A program made the position numbers and the translations under genes. DNA of 64,000 bases from Catajapyx aquilonaris. Taxonomy: Eukaryota. The DNA lies in the NCBI GenBank assembly GCA_000934665.2, contig KZ538338.1, forward strand, positions 1-64,000, written 5' to 3'. Below are positions 10,135-22,561 of this stretch, piece by piece. How positions within the stretch are numbered: position 1 is the stretch's first letter; each line of letters opens with the position of its first letter. The notes below the pieces were generated by a model, which was not told the DNA's origin, made no database searches, and was given only the letters and a program-made list of their open reading frames with translations.

Positions 10135-13100
10135 TTATTTTGGTTCACAAGCTGGCAAGTTGGCCTGTATCAAAAGCCTCCTGAACTCTGCCAAACTCCT
10201 GGCTCTCTCTGGGCCAACCAGGGAGGTCCCAATTATATCAACTGACCTCTTGGCTCGTCCCTTTGCCCTTAGCACCTCTTGCAAACCCAAAGCCTCAGCC
10301 AGATCTTCTGGTTTAGGTGATGGTTTATCTTGCTTGCTGGCTACCATCAATAATGGGACCCCTTCGAGCCTTTCCTCTGCCATAAGTAGCCGGAATTGTT
10401 TAGATGCTGATGGAGCACTGCTCCCGTCTGCAACAAACACCAGTAGATCTACATCTTGGAGGAAGCGGCTCCAGTATGGCTGAACTCCAGCTCCACCTCC
10501 CAGGTCCCAAATGTCTAGGCAAAGTCCTCCCAGGTGCATCCTCACTACATGGAATCCCTGAGTAGGGTTCCAAGGGGATAACTGAGATTCTGAGGTGATG
10601 GAGGGAGAAGGGGACGATTCTGCCTCAGCCAAGGCAGACACTAAGGTGCTCTTTCCACTGCCTGCTGGGCCCAGCACTAAAATTTTTCGCTCACGAGGTT
10701 CTTCTTCTACCTGTAAGCAAGAGAAGGGACAAAATCAAGATTTATGCATTATAAATAAGCCACCCAAATGATGACACACATCTCACAGGCCTCCATTAAG
10801 GTAAGAAAAAAGCCCTTATCTCAAAACAGATTACAGCTTTATGTTCAAAGAGCGCAATCATATGAACATGTACATGACAGTTGTTAACCACATTACATGT
10901 CAGGATGTCATATCTGGGAGACAAATGTAATCTAGCACATAAGTCGAGATTCAATTGTAGTTGTCAGTGGGAATATTTATAAGAACTTTGGGAAATCATC
11001 AGAGCAATAATAATAATACATACATACATACATACACAGATACATTTCCTTCACGGCATATTCCCATCAAGATGGGGTTACCAGATAATAATAAGGATAA
11101 TAATAATAATAATCATTCCCTCAAAGGTTGACCTAACTTCATTTTCAAAAAGTTCCTCTGAATCAGGATAGTGTGAAATTGCAGACACAGGAAGTGCAAC
11201 TCTCAAAATTCAAAATCCATAATCCAAGAGCGGGGTTGAGGAAAAGTTATGGATTGTTTACTTCAGTAACCAGTTTAATGAAAAGTAACTCATTGGAAGC
11301 AATGATGTGAGCCACATTCACTTGTCAGGATGGCTGCTTCCTTTCAGCAGGTTGTTGGAGTACACAATTTATAACATTTATTCTTCCCTTCCCCTTGAAC
11401 TGGACATGGGCAGTCCACCATCCTGTGCAACCATACATAATTTAGCATGGGACACATCCAGCCTTTGACAGTGGCATTTGTCTTTTGAAAGCGATAATGA
11501 CAGCTAGTTAATTTAAGACCTGCAACCATAAGTTAAGTGGGTCAGAAAGGAAGCAAAAGAGAAATTGGTGCACTGCATGTAGTTCATGATCTAAAGGATT
11601 CCTTCAGGCAAATGCTACACTCACACTTAGAATTGATGAAAAAAATGGCCATGATAATATACAGGGTGATCCAACTCTGTGGCACCAACAGTTATTGGAA
11701 AAATCAACAAGCTGCTTGTTTATAAGCAGGTCGTTGCTAAGAGATCAATAAGAGTTACTTTCTGGAGAATCGGGAATAGCACCTGCTGATATTAGGTCCA
11801 ATGCCCATGTAACAATATTAATGAGGGAAAAAAGGATCATCCGTGGGAAACAGGCCTGTTCTGGTGTTCGCTGGAGGGTTTCACATGAGGTCACTAGCTG
11901 CCAAACCAGAGGTCTAATCCGTCGGAACTGGACAGACCCGGGTGTGTCAATAAATAGGCCTTCTGGTCTGTTCATTGTTGGCCGCAGTTGGCGCAACCGA
12001 GACAGGTCAACAGGCAGCGTTGTTTAGTTACCAGCAAATAAAATATTATTGTTACATGGCCATTGGACCTAATATCAGCAGGTGCTATTCCCGATTCTCC
12101 AGAAAGAGCCAGAAAGCATCTCTTAGCAACGACTTGCTTATAAACAAGCAGCTTGCGCGATTTTTTCAATAACTACTGGTGCCATAGAGTTGGATCACCC
12201 TGTATTACACCTCAATGCCATGCACTTGTACTTACTGAGATAGAAAAAATGGCAATGTTTGCATATTAAAATCAGGCTACAGATTTCAAGGAGCAGGCCT
12301 TCTTCCGATTTGCCCTACATCAACAGTAGTTGTGTACAAAAAATGGCAATTAAAAATTCCTCAAGGTATGTGAACTTAGAACCCCTATGAGTGTCCTTAA
12401 ACAAGTACGTAAAGATAATAAATATATACGAGGTGCTACCCAAAACTTCAGATAATTTGTACTGTGCAAACCAGTGGAAGTACGAACTTGTGACTCTAGG
12501 GGGCGCTAGGTGCACCTTTCAGCTATTAGTCTGAAAAATATTGTCTTCAGAGGTGCACATGTTTCCGAGTTTCAGCAGTTATCTTGACACCGTGTTCTTG
12601 TGTTTCCGCGATTTTTCGAAATGGCTGATGTTAGGGAGCAAAGGATTTGTATAAAAGTTTGCCAGCTCAATAAAACTTCGGCTGCAACCCACCGAATGCT
12701 GAACAAGGCTTTTGATGAGCAAGCTGTAAGGCAAGCAATAACATATGAGCAGCTTAACAGCTTCAATAGTGGCGGGCCAAGTTCGCAGCAAAATCAACTC
12801 AATGCTGATCATTTTCTTTGACATTTTAGGAATTGCGCATATGGAGTTTCTCCCTTCTGGTAAAACTGTCAACAGCAATTCATACTGCGATGGTTTGAGA
12901 CGATTTAGGTTAAAATGGCCGGAGATATGGAAGAACAGACACTGGTTGCTGCACCATGGCAATGCGCCTGCACACACCTCACACGTAGTCAGGGACTTCC
13001 TGACGAAAAACAACATGACCACTGACTGTTCCCCACCCTGCCTATTCGCTTGTCCTGGCCCCATGTGATTTCTACTTCTTCCCTAAAATGAAATTTGGGT

Positions 13101-15706
13101 AGAAAAGGAGGCATTTTGCCTCCACTAAAGAGATCTAAGCAAAATCGCAGCAGGTGCTGAACATGCTATGGTTGGCCAATTTTTTTGGGTGCTTCCAAAA
13201 ATTGGAAATTCGCTGGGTATATGTGCCCAAGGTGACAACTTTGAAGGTGGCAGTGGACTTAAAGTAAATATTAATGTTTTTATGAACAAATTCTCGAAAA
13301 TTTTGGGTAGCACCTCGTATAACATAATAGCAATAACAATAATAATAATAACAACAATAATAATACAATGTTTTCATGATATTTTCAATTTGTTATGCAT
13401 GAAGCGTTATATGTGATATAAAAGTATTGCTCATTTGTCACAGATGCAAATGTCATAATGATGATGTATGCATGTGACTCATCAGTTATCAGCTTGAACA
13501 AGTATGAACATTCAATCATTATATAATTCCTCCCTTCATAGGTTCTGACCTATAAATGCTGATGAGAGGTCCAAAGTCATATTGCAAGATCTTGAATGAA
13601 GGAATTAATAAGCCATCTGAATTAGGTCGCAAAGACCCCCATTAGATGAATCATGTGGTAACAACCTTGAAAGCAAATTACCACAGTGTGACATATTGGG
13701 TTACTACTTAACAAGAGTTTAAAAAAAAAATTGCAACTATTGCATCAGCAGTGTTCAGCCTTAGATTTCCACTTAGACTTGGTCAGTAAATTAAATCACA
13801 ACTTGCTACAAATGAAGGTCTTTCAGGGCATCATTTCCAGACATTTCAAAATATGGTACAAGAGAAGTTGCAACAAACAGAATTTCCTAATAAGAGTTTC
13901 AAGCTCCATGTAAAATGTTGACCAAACTTGATAGTATCTCCATCAGGAAATGAACCTTGATTAAATATCACACAGTAAAGCTACTCATTTGCTTCCAAGA
14001 GAGGGCAGGTTAATTATTTAGGTCAATAATTTCTCACTCTTCTGCACACAAGATAATTCCTCCCATACTGACAAAGGACTGCATTTGCAAATAACATTCT
14101 TCCTTAGATGATTCCTTAGATGCAAGTGCTCTTATGGGGATCTGGTGACACTTCTCAGCTCAATAATGATTCTGCGTGGAATTTTCCACCCTCTGATTCC
14201 AACCTGCCTCTGCTTGCTAGCCATTGAGCCATCTCAGCGGCACTTCAGAGGCACTTAGTAGGAAATGACTGCTAACTGCATAGCTGACACTAACATAAGT
14301 GACAAGAAGATTCATGTACAATACTTATGAATAGATATTGTGGAGTGTATTAAGCAGTGTTAGTTTTTGTGCAATGCAAATATCCATGTATCATCCCCAG
14401 GAGTAATATCTGAAGAATTTAAGTCTATGTAACAATTAGCTCTTGGTAACACTTATAGTACTGTACTAATGAAAATATTTGGAGACTACTAATTCAAATT
14501 ACATTTATACAAACCAACACTACACTTCTCATTCCCATAGTCACTTCTTTTTTCCATGCAAAGTTTAGAAGTTTGTAGTTATTTAATAGTTAAAGAAGCC
14601 TCTAAAATTTTCATGTGAAAAATGAAGTGGTACCTTCGTAAGTTCAAATCTACTACGAATTTATCTACTATATCTATCTATCTGTGGTTCAAATCTACTT
14701 GTTAAAGCAACTTGGCCATTATATTGAAATATTGTAGTTATACCACTATTAATTTTTCATAACAGTGGCATAATTAAACAACATAATGCGAGCAAAAATG
14801 AGCTCTATCATAATTCTTTAAAATTGACAAACATTGACAAAGAACATATAAACTTACTTCTACAGAAAGATGCAATTAATTAAGTTTTTCTGACTTTTCA
14901 TCCACAGGTAATAACTTCTGAGCAAGTCAGGCATTTTGAATTTGTAATTTGCTCATAATCCTATGTTCGAGAATTAAAGGCCCATATGCACAGGCGGTTG
15001 ACGGTTTTGGTCTTTGGTCGCGCTGACGCCGCGGACCAATCATTACTCATGTAAACAAACTCAACACTTGTTGATTGGTCCGCAGCGTCAACACGACCAA
15101 AGACCAAAACCATTGACCGCCTGTGTGTATGGGCCTTTATGCTGCTGTGGTGACAACAAGTATTTTATTTATGACTATTAATTTATGTGAAAAAGAACAT
15201 GTCCAACATAAGTTGCACACATCTGCTCTGGTCAATTTAATTACCTTGATTTATTGGTCATCAATGTATTTGTCCCACATTGCAATTCGCCACAAGTGTA
15301 ATGACCCATTTGTTAATTTAAATCAATTTATGTACCTAATCAATATTTGAACAAGTCAAGTCCCATATTTGGACATGGCTTGTTTATGAATGGAATGACA
15401 ATAGTGTCAGTGAATTACTATAAAAAGTTGTGAACCGTACAGAGTTTAATGTGACATTCCATGTTCACTACTGTCATTCAATTCCAAACCAAATCAACGA
15501 CACCCATGTCCCGCAATTCGTCCAGAAAGAGCATGTACCCTGGAAGCCTCGGCGAATCCCTCGTCAACGTTGCTGTCGTGCCTCTTTAGGAAGAAGGACC
15601 TGGCCAGTCGGTATCCCAGTGCGCCCAGGAGCACCCCCGAGCCCAGCACCAGGGCCGTCCTTCCTCCCAGCAACCTCCACCTCTGCCACGACACCTCCCC
15701 AACCAT
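10135..15706 (-). CDS. ARL10: ARF-like small GTPase with N-terminal hydrophobic anchor (ARL9/ARL10-like), ~247 aa, 2 exons
   Basis: Exons 15706-15539 and 10710-10135 join at phase 0 (..EASR|VEEEPRERKILVLGPAGSGKST). G1 GPAGSGKS, G2 PTQGF, G3 WDLGG, G4 SKQD. N-terminal TM-like segment ALVLGSGVLLGALGY. Confidence 0.8.
11662..12202. mobile_element. Tc1/mariner-type MITE with long (~150 bp) imperfect TIRs
   Basis: CAGGGTGATCCAACTCT...AGAGTTGGATCACCCTG, flanked by TA on both sides. Lies in the ARL intron. Confidence 0.85.
12429..13317 (+). mobile_element. internally deleted, degenerate mariner element
   Basis: TIRs CGAGGTGCTACCCAAAA / TTTTGGGTAGCACCTCG with TA TSD. Transposase remnants: N-terminus EQRICIK, LLHHGNAPAHTS (canonical HDNAPAH) and YSLVLAPCDF (canonical YSPDLAP). 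The WVPHEL region is missing and the frame is broken. Confidence 0.92.
14978..15136. mobile_element. PIF/Harbinger-like MITE
   Basis: ~65-bp imperfect TIRs starting AGGCCCATA, flanked by TAA/TTA. Confidence 0.7.
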
Positions 15707-15785
15707 TGTCACTCTCCTCGGACGCCTCCAAATCTTCCCAAAACCACAACAAAAACCGATCTACTTGGCCCAAAAACACGACATG

Positions 15786-16160
15786 AACGCCGCCATCTTG
15801 GGTCGGCTCGGAAGCGCATGCGCACCAACATCTCAAGACGCAGTTTCGCGCCATTTAACCAGGATTGGCTGCATTGACGCCTTGGACCAATCAGCACTCG
15901 TCGTCGCACAGACACGGCACCGCCATGTAGTGAACCCTGTCACGGATGTCACCCAAAATGAAGGCCACACAACAAATTTTAAACCGTAAAATTTAAAAAG
16001 CAGGATCCAACAGCACCCGGCACAGGTGCGTTCCCCCCTCTGAAAATCCGGCGAATTCCGGATAAGCGCAGTGCGTCATCCGGATCCAGCCACACTTCCA
16101 GAGGGACTTCAGAGGGGACCAATCCCCGATCGCCTCCCAGTCCTCTCGTCCAATCAGAGC
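15786..16160. promoter_or_regulatory. candidate bidirectional promoter (ARL10-like / KIAA1191-like)
   Basis: GC/CpG-rich segment with a YY1-like GCCGCCATCTTG (~15789-15800), an NRF1/Ewg-type GCGCATGCGCA (15814-15824) and several CCAAT/ATTGG boxes. A + strand donor CG|GTAAGG at ~16323 suggests a non-coding first exon. Confidence 0.6.
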
Positions 16161-16986
16161 CAGACGGACACGCCTCCTGGGACCCACAGCAGGACCAGTT
16201 TTTGTGGGGGTCTGAAAGAAAATATTTCTTTTCCGCTCGGCTGAAGGGACAGGAAATCAGGAAGCGTCCTGAGAGGAGCCCAGTAGTGGACAGTAGTGGA
16301 CACGGAGGACCTGTTTTGCACGGTAAGGTCGGTCGCCCCCCCCTAGCGTACAGAAGGTCGCATCGTTGCATGTAGAGTGGCCGTGACATTTTGACATTCA
16401 TGCCTGTTGGAAGTGGTGACCTCGAGCTGTGTGAGCCTTACCACGTGGGTAGTTCTTTTTTTATATATAAAAATGGAGGAGCAAAATATATTGCATGTTG
16501 GGGCATATGCAATGAGGAGCATGGGGCATGGTTAGGATTGTTTTTGTGTACCTGAATAGGGCCAAATGGATGGGGTCAGCTGGTTCGAACCGGAATTAGG
16601 GAGTCACTATACCTGGGGGAGTGACGCCGAGAGATTTTAACCTGTCACTCAGGGGGGATTGTGTGCTTTTGGGTTAAGTGGTAACCACCATGCTGACTTC
16701 GCATTTTGAAAAATTCGAAAATTGGGTGGATAGGCCTACATGGCGTTAGATGCAGCGTAACTCTCGCGTTGAGTTGGATGATGCAAGCTTTCAGGCAGCC
16801 TACTGACACACTGACCAGGCTGGTGGTTAATGTGGGCCCCGTTTTAATATTGAGTTAGGTTACAGCAAAATGGGGCTGTGAAATCGCAGGTAAAACGAGG
16901 CCCATACCGTCAAAAGAAGTGTTAGGTGTTGCAACAATGTGGTAATGTTTCAATTTTAAAGTTATTTTCAAATGTTTCATTTTTAA

Positions 16987-17262
16987 CCCTGGAACCGTGC
17001 CGTGCCTACGAGTATTACGGCGACCGTGCCGTGGGGTCTTTTCGGACCCCACCATATTTTAATTTTTATTAATTATTATATAATACTTTTCAATGTATTG
17101 ACTATATACAATCATTCTTTGAACAATGCCTAAAAGGATCGCAAAATAAGCCTGCTCTTCCTGTTATATACTGTAAAAAAATGGCAAAAGTTCATTGTAA
17201 TTATCATTTTAATGCATTTTTTCCCTTGGGATCCGAAAAGACCCCACGGCACGGTTCCAGGG
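16987..17262. mobile_element. piggyBac-like MITE, copy 1
   Basis: TTAA TSD, CCCTGGAACCGTG / CACGGTTCCAGGG termini. Homologous to 32611-32873 in inverted orientation. Confidence 0.85.
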
Positions 17263-18140
17263 TTAAAGATCATTTTTATTAAATGTGGAAGGTAAAATGG
17301 AGCATTGTGGCATATGATGTTCTGTACAGTACAAGGGCGTGTACACTAGTACAAGTTCTTACTACTACAACGCACTTATGGAATGACATTGAAAGTCACA
17401 TTCACTACCATGACGCTACATACTTGAATTTGACACAAGGTGGCTTAGAGGAAGGCATGACAACACGATGTTGTGATCCATCACCAAATCTCAAAGTTAT
17501 GCGTACATCTGTTACATGGTGGTTGTGCATTTCCTTCAATAAATTAATACATATTAATAATTATTGTGGCACTTGCACAGTAAATTTGGTGGGCCAAGTG
17601 TTTGAAGTACCGTACTGTACGCATTTTGCTGTCTTGCCCATAATATGCGGTTCTCCATGAATTTTTGTTGGATTTAACAGAACCTATCTGGAATGGACAG
17701 AAATGGACATCATTTGTCTGTCAGTAACAAAAACCTTGGTATAGAAGAGTGCATGAGGGCCAGCCCCAAACGTGTATGGAACATGTGTTTATTACTGTAC
17801 TGCTATCATCACAGAAATTGTCTGGACACTTGGGGGTAGGCTGATCATTGACAAGACAGTTTCAGGACCTTTTCTGTGCCAATAGTACTTGTAATCCTTT
17901 CTGGCAAGTCAAGGAGCGTGTTAACCAGTGAAACGGAACAGTTCAGTGGCGGTGTAGGAGGGTTGGGGCATGATGTGGAACTCGACCACTCAACGTGGCG
18001 AATGACGAGGCTTTGTGAAACAATTTCAGGATCTGCAATGTGTACCTGACCATTTGATTTCACCTCCCACCGGAAGCAAGGCGTGAGCAAAGGGAGTGCA
18101 GCAGACCATCTCGCCTACCAGCTGCAAACCCAAGGCAAGG

Positions 18141-20737
18141 ATGGGATCGGACGACCGTGGCCTGCCTGGGTTCTCCCTTCCACAGTGGATCCGCCGCCGT
18201 GCATTTGAGAGGTAGGTCCTGTGTTGCTATGGCAGCCACTCTTGTTGACTTGAGATATAAACAGTGTGGGGTTTTTTTTACACACAAGTGACACCCTGCC
18301 TGTGCCGGAAGCTACAGTTTCATCTGAACGCCGCAGACTTTCTGCCAACAGCCAGGTTATCTGGTTGTTTCATCGAGCCAGACAAGGGTAACATTATGTG
18401 TTGCCACATGTAGTGCAGTGAACGGTGTGAACTTAACATGTGGTACTTGCTTACTCTCTGTGGTACTCTTCCGTTTCCAGAAAGCCAGTGTTCGAGATTC
18501 CTGATTTCAGTTATTGTTTGTTCTAACCTACCAACTGTTCTTCCAACCTTTACTGGATTACCCGTAGTGTGGTAGTCCGGAAAATGTCGTACCAACAATC
18601 AACTAAAATCAACAATCAAATAGTGGCGCTCAGGAAACTGAAACGTACCCTCTGTAACTCCTATTGCAGAAGTGTCTCTTGGTAAAAGTAGCCTGTGTTA
18701 TGCCTGTATTCACCAAAAGAACAGTTCCAATTAGAGCCACTTTACCATGAGGCATGGTTGTTTAAAAAAAGCCCTGTTTTCAGTGATGAGGTCCAGTGCC
18801 TATTAAAATGCTTAAGATAAATGACATGTGATAAGGCCTGACTTGTGCATAGTTCAAGTGACCCTTAACATGATTAATGCAATAAGGAATCTGCCTTCTG
18901 ACATGATGTAATGTGCCGCATGTGCCTAGAAATAACTGATACAAGAAATACGTGGGTTTATTGCCCAATTGCCTCAGAAATAGGCTCATTTGTTAAGTGG
19001 AGATCTTGAATTACTCCAAATTGGTTGGTTGGTTGGTAGGAAGGGTTACCCAGCTTGTATGGCTCTGTCTGAGTGGAGCCTTGGCAGCCGGGGGTAGGAG
19101 AGGAAGGTGTGGAATTGCTAGGTAGGGGTGGGTGAGAAGGGTGGGGGAGAGGAGGGCTGGCTCCGGCTGTACTGCAATGCCGGGTCCAACCCAGGGACGG
19201 GGGTGGGATATTCTCCCAAGCACCCCGTCCAACCAAGAAATGCGAGTCAGGTCCGAGGACCGCTCGAGTAGGAGAGTACCGTCGCTGGCGAACCAGCCGG
19301 GATGTATATGAATTACTCCACAAAATAATTCTGTGTACCTGATTCAAATTCACAAATTGGAGCGCAAAAACCTCAAATTACTGCATTGTTTTAGTGGGCT
19401 AGAGGTGCATTTATGCCAGAGGGGTTAGTGCCGTTGCAATGCAGTCACTGTAATTAACACATGACTCAGTTCACTCCCACTATGGCTGATTGAACGAATG
19501 TCTTCACGATCACATTTCAATTGTATCCAGCCCAGTGTAAAAGCACCTCAGGTTAATGTTGGAGTATAGATGCTGGATATGCTCCTCCATGACATGAATT
19601 TTTTGTGTGGAATTTCACAGGATTGTAATTTTTCTCAAAATATTAGTTGAGCCATGTGATTGAACTTGTTCTGAATAGACGTATGTTGAGATTCTCTTTT
19701 TGTTGTAACATAAAAAATTGAAAGTCCCATTTACCACCTCTTGTGAACGATAGTACAGTCATCCACGTGTGGATATGGATAAACATGCATGTCACAATCA
19801 ATTTCCAAGTGTGGGATCTTTTGGTCCAATGCTCTTTGGTATTTTGTAGTGTCAGGCAGGTGTACTTATTTCTAAACTGCAATGCGCTGTCAAGATGTTC
19901 TGAAGTCACCTTTGGTGATCCCTAGCTGAATGCGAGGATGTATATTTCTGGAAATTACTCTTGCTTTAATGTGCTTTGGTTCTGGATTGACCACCATGGT
20001 AATGGAACTATCTTGTGTAACCTTCCACTGACTTTGTGCATGCCTGCAACATTGCACAATTAATTGCTACACACTAATATTGCTGACAACTGTTATTTTC
20101 ACTGCACATGCTTACAATAGTGTAAAATGATTTTTCTCCTCTTCCCTACAGCTATGAGATTGACGACCTGTCATTCTCTCCTCCACTGGACGACGATGCT
20201 TTCCTCCATATGAAACGCCGCTCCGGCACTGGTGCCACAACCCCAACTCGTCGCCCCTCCACTGCTGCTTCTGCTGCCCCAACTGTCCTGGCCTCATCCT
20301 CTGGATCCACTCCTGTTGTTGTTGTAGCTCCCCAACCACCTGCAACCCTGGCGGCTCCACCCACCAGCCCTCTCATCCCACAAAACCCAGAGCAGCCCCT
20401 GCATATACTCCAGCATTTGGAACAGGCCAACCTCATACCCCAGGTGCCACCCAACATCAAGAAAATTGAGCTGCCAAGGTCTCCTGTTGACACTCCCCAG
20501 GCCTCCCCGCAGCCCCCACGTCGTACTGAGAAACATGCTGCCAACCCGTACTTCACTGGAGAGGCTGGCCAGGATCGCCCAGCTGTAGGGAGCCCTGCCT
20601 GGTTGTTCAAGGGGAATTCTAGCAGCTCGGGGGATTCCCCGATGGTCAGGAGTTCCTCTGAAGAAGGGGAGCAGAAGGTGGTTCCCAATCCGTCACAACT
20701 TAGGGAGATGAATGTATTCTCTCCCATGTCTATGTAA
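18141..20737 (+). CDS. KIAA1191: KIAA1191/p33MONOX-like protein, 218 aa, 2 coding exons
   Basis: Exon 18141-18211 (MGSDDRGLPGFSLPQWIRRRAFE, donor AG|GTAGGT) joins exon 20152-20737 (polypyrimidine tract and CAG) at phase 2, in frame. Four colinear motifs resemble human KIAA1191 as I recall it: SLP..RRA..SY..DD, LQHLEQANL, SPVDTPQASP, C-terminal REMNVFSPMSM. Confidence 0.68.
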
Positions 20738-21276
20738 AAAATAATCCCTCAACCTAAGGTGTAAAAGACAAGTCCTGTTGGATACTTACTGCAAACGTTC
20801 CCATTGCATTTTTCTGTTCAAGTTTTCCTCAAGGTCTGTGAATATGAGCACCAAAAATTGTGCCAATGCACAAAAGATGATGAAAACTCATTGACATTTT
20901 GTTACCATGTGCAATTTTTTGTGCTGGTGGATACAGGCCTTAAGGTGTACAGATTTCATTGATCATGTTGTTGAGTTCCCACAAACTGCTGCTGTTTCTC
21001 AAGGCATTCTGCCCACTTTTTAAAGACACTTCTAAATGTTTGATGGAGGAGTAATAAAAAATGTCATAGTTAAAGGTTTACTGCGCAGATGTGTTGCACT
21101 CTATTTTGTCATAATTCATTCATTGTGGTTTCAATTACAAGGTTACGTTATGTCTGGTATAATTCTTTCATTAAGTTCAACCCAGCAGTTATTTGTGTTC
21201 ATACAACCATCCTCAGGCTGGGTTGCACCACTTCTGACCCGTTGTTATGCAATAATGGGTCAACCCACTAAAAATG

Positions 21277-21336
21277 TCAAAATTGAGCGAAGCCCAGGAA
21301 CATAGGTATATGTTCCTGGGCTTCGCTCAATTTTGA
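21277..21336. repeat. perfect 28-bp inverted repeat with 4-nt loop
   Basis: TCAAAATTGAGCGAAGCCCAGGAACATA-ggta-TATGTTCCTGGGCTTCGCTCAATTTTGA. Confidence 0.9.
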
Positions 21337-21581
21337 ACGATCCTACTTAATTCGGTTAAAATCACGCTGGTGAAACCTGCATATTTCTGCCATAAATGAC
21401 AGAAAAGAACACTGAATTAATTTCACAGGTATGACCTTCAAAGCCATTTTTCTCAACCCTTCTCATGTGGGTTGGCTCATTATTGCATAACATCCAATTA
21501 TGCTTCTGAATTATACGACTTGTACATAATTGGTGATTTTTGTGCTACTGTCAGTGATGCTAGTAAGGCTTGACATGAACC

Positions 21582-21770
21582 CCCGCGAGCATAAAGATGG
21601 AGACGGCAGGCCCTTTTTTGACCTTTCTTTATCAGACTCTAATTAATGACTCTCTTTGGAACGAGTTAGCTGCTTCAGGCGTGTGTTTGTGTATTTATGC
21701 CAGTATATTTGATACTGTAATAGCCGAGATTGGCAGAGCAGCCTGCCGTCTCCATCTTTATGCTCGCGGG
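21582..21770. mobile_element. MITE with 29-bp perfect TIRs
   Basis: CCCGCGAGCATAAAGATGGAGACGGCAGG ... CCTGCCGTCTCCATCTTTATGCTCGCGGG. Confidence 0.75.
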
Positions 21771-22561
21771 TGTACCTTCTTGCTTGAAAGATGGGTGTCA
21801 AATCCTCCAAAGACAGGAAGAAAAATGGGAGAAGTGGAAGGGCTTCTCCACTGCATAATGGAGGTTCTGCAAGGTCGTTTCAATTTGGTATCGTGAGAGG
21901 AAGAAAAAACTCAACAGCTTGCAATTAACACTGGTGTGGCCTGTGGAGTTCAGCCCCTCAAATCGCCTATGTCAAATTACATATGCCAGATCACCAGACA
22001 CAAGTACCATTGCTGTGTTGAGCGCTTCATTGCCAGCCTAGAAATAGAACCAATGCAGAGATAGTAGTCTGTGCACAGGAACCCAAACTGCCTTGTAGTT
22101 CGGCCTGAGGGACAGTCTCGAAAGGGCCATTTCCACAAGGCATAGATTTTGTTGTGGTACATGATAAAAGACACCAACACATACGTACCTCAATTACCAC
22201 CATTAGAAATGAAGGAACACGATTAAAGCCAGACATTTTTAATTTCCAGCTGCAGTCTGCCAAACAGGCTTCCCCATTATTTAAAAAGGGGAGTTTGGCA
22301 TCATGGGCTTAACTTGTTAACACTTTTCTGGACCCTCCCCCCATTCATCGTCACTGGTAAAAATTAATTTGGAATGACTGCTCATTTCACAGTACACATT
22401 CTCTCTCTTACACTTTTGGGTCCTCACTTTTTTGGCCAACCTGCCACACTCACTCGATGACACTTGGAAGGAGAACGAGGGGGAGGTCAGGAATTGTGGA
22501 GAGAGATTGTAGTGTTCACTGCACTGATCTGGGTTGGATTCAAGTCTTTTGAGTCTTTAAT

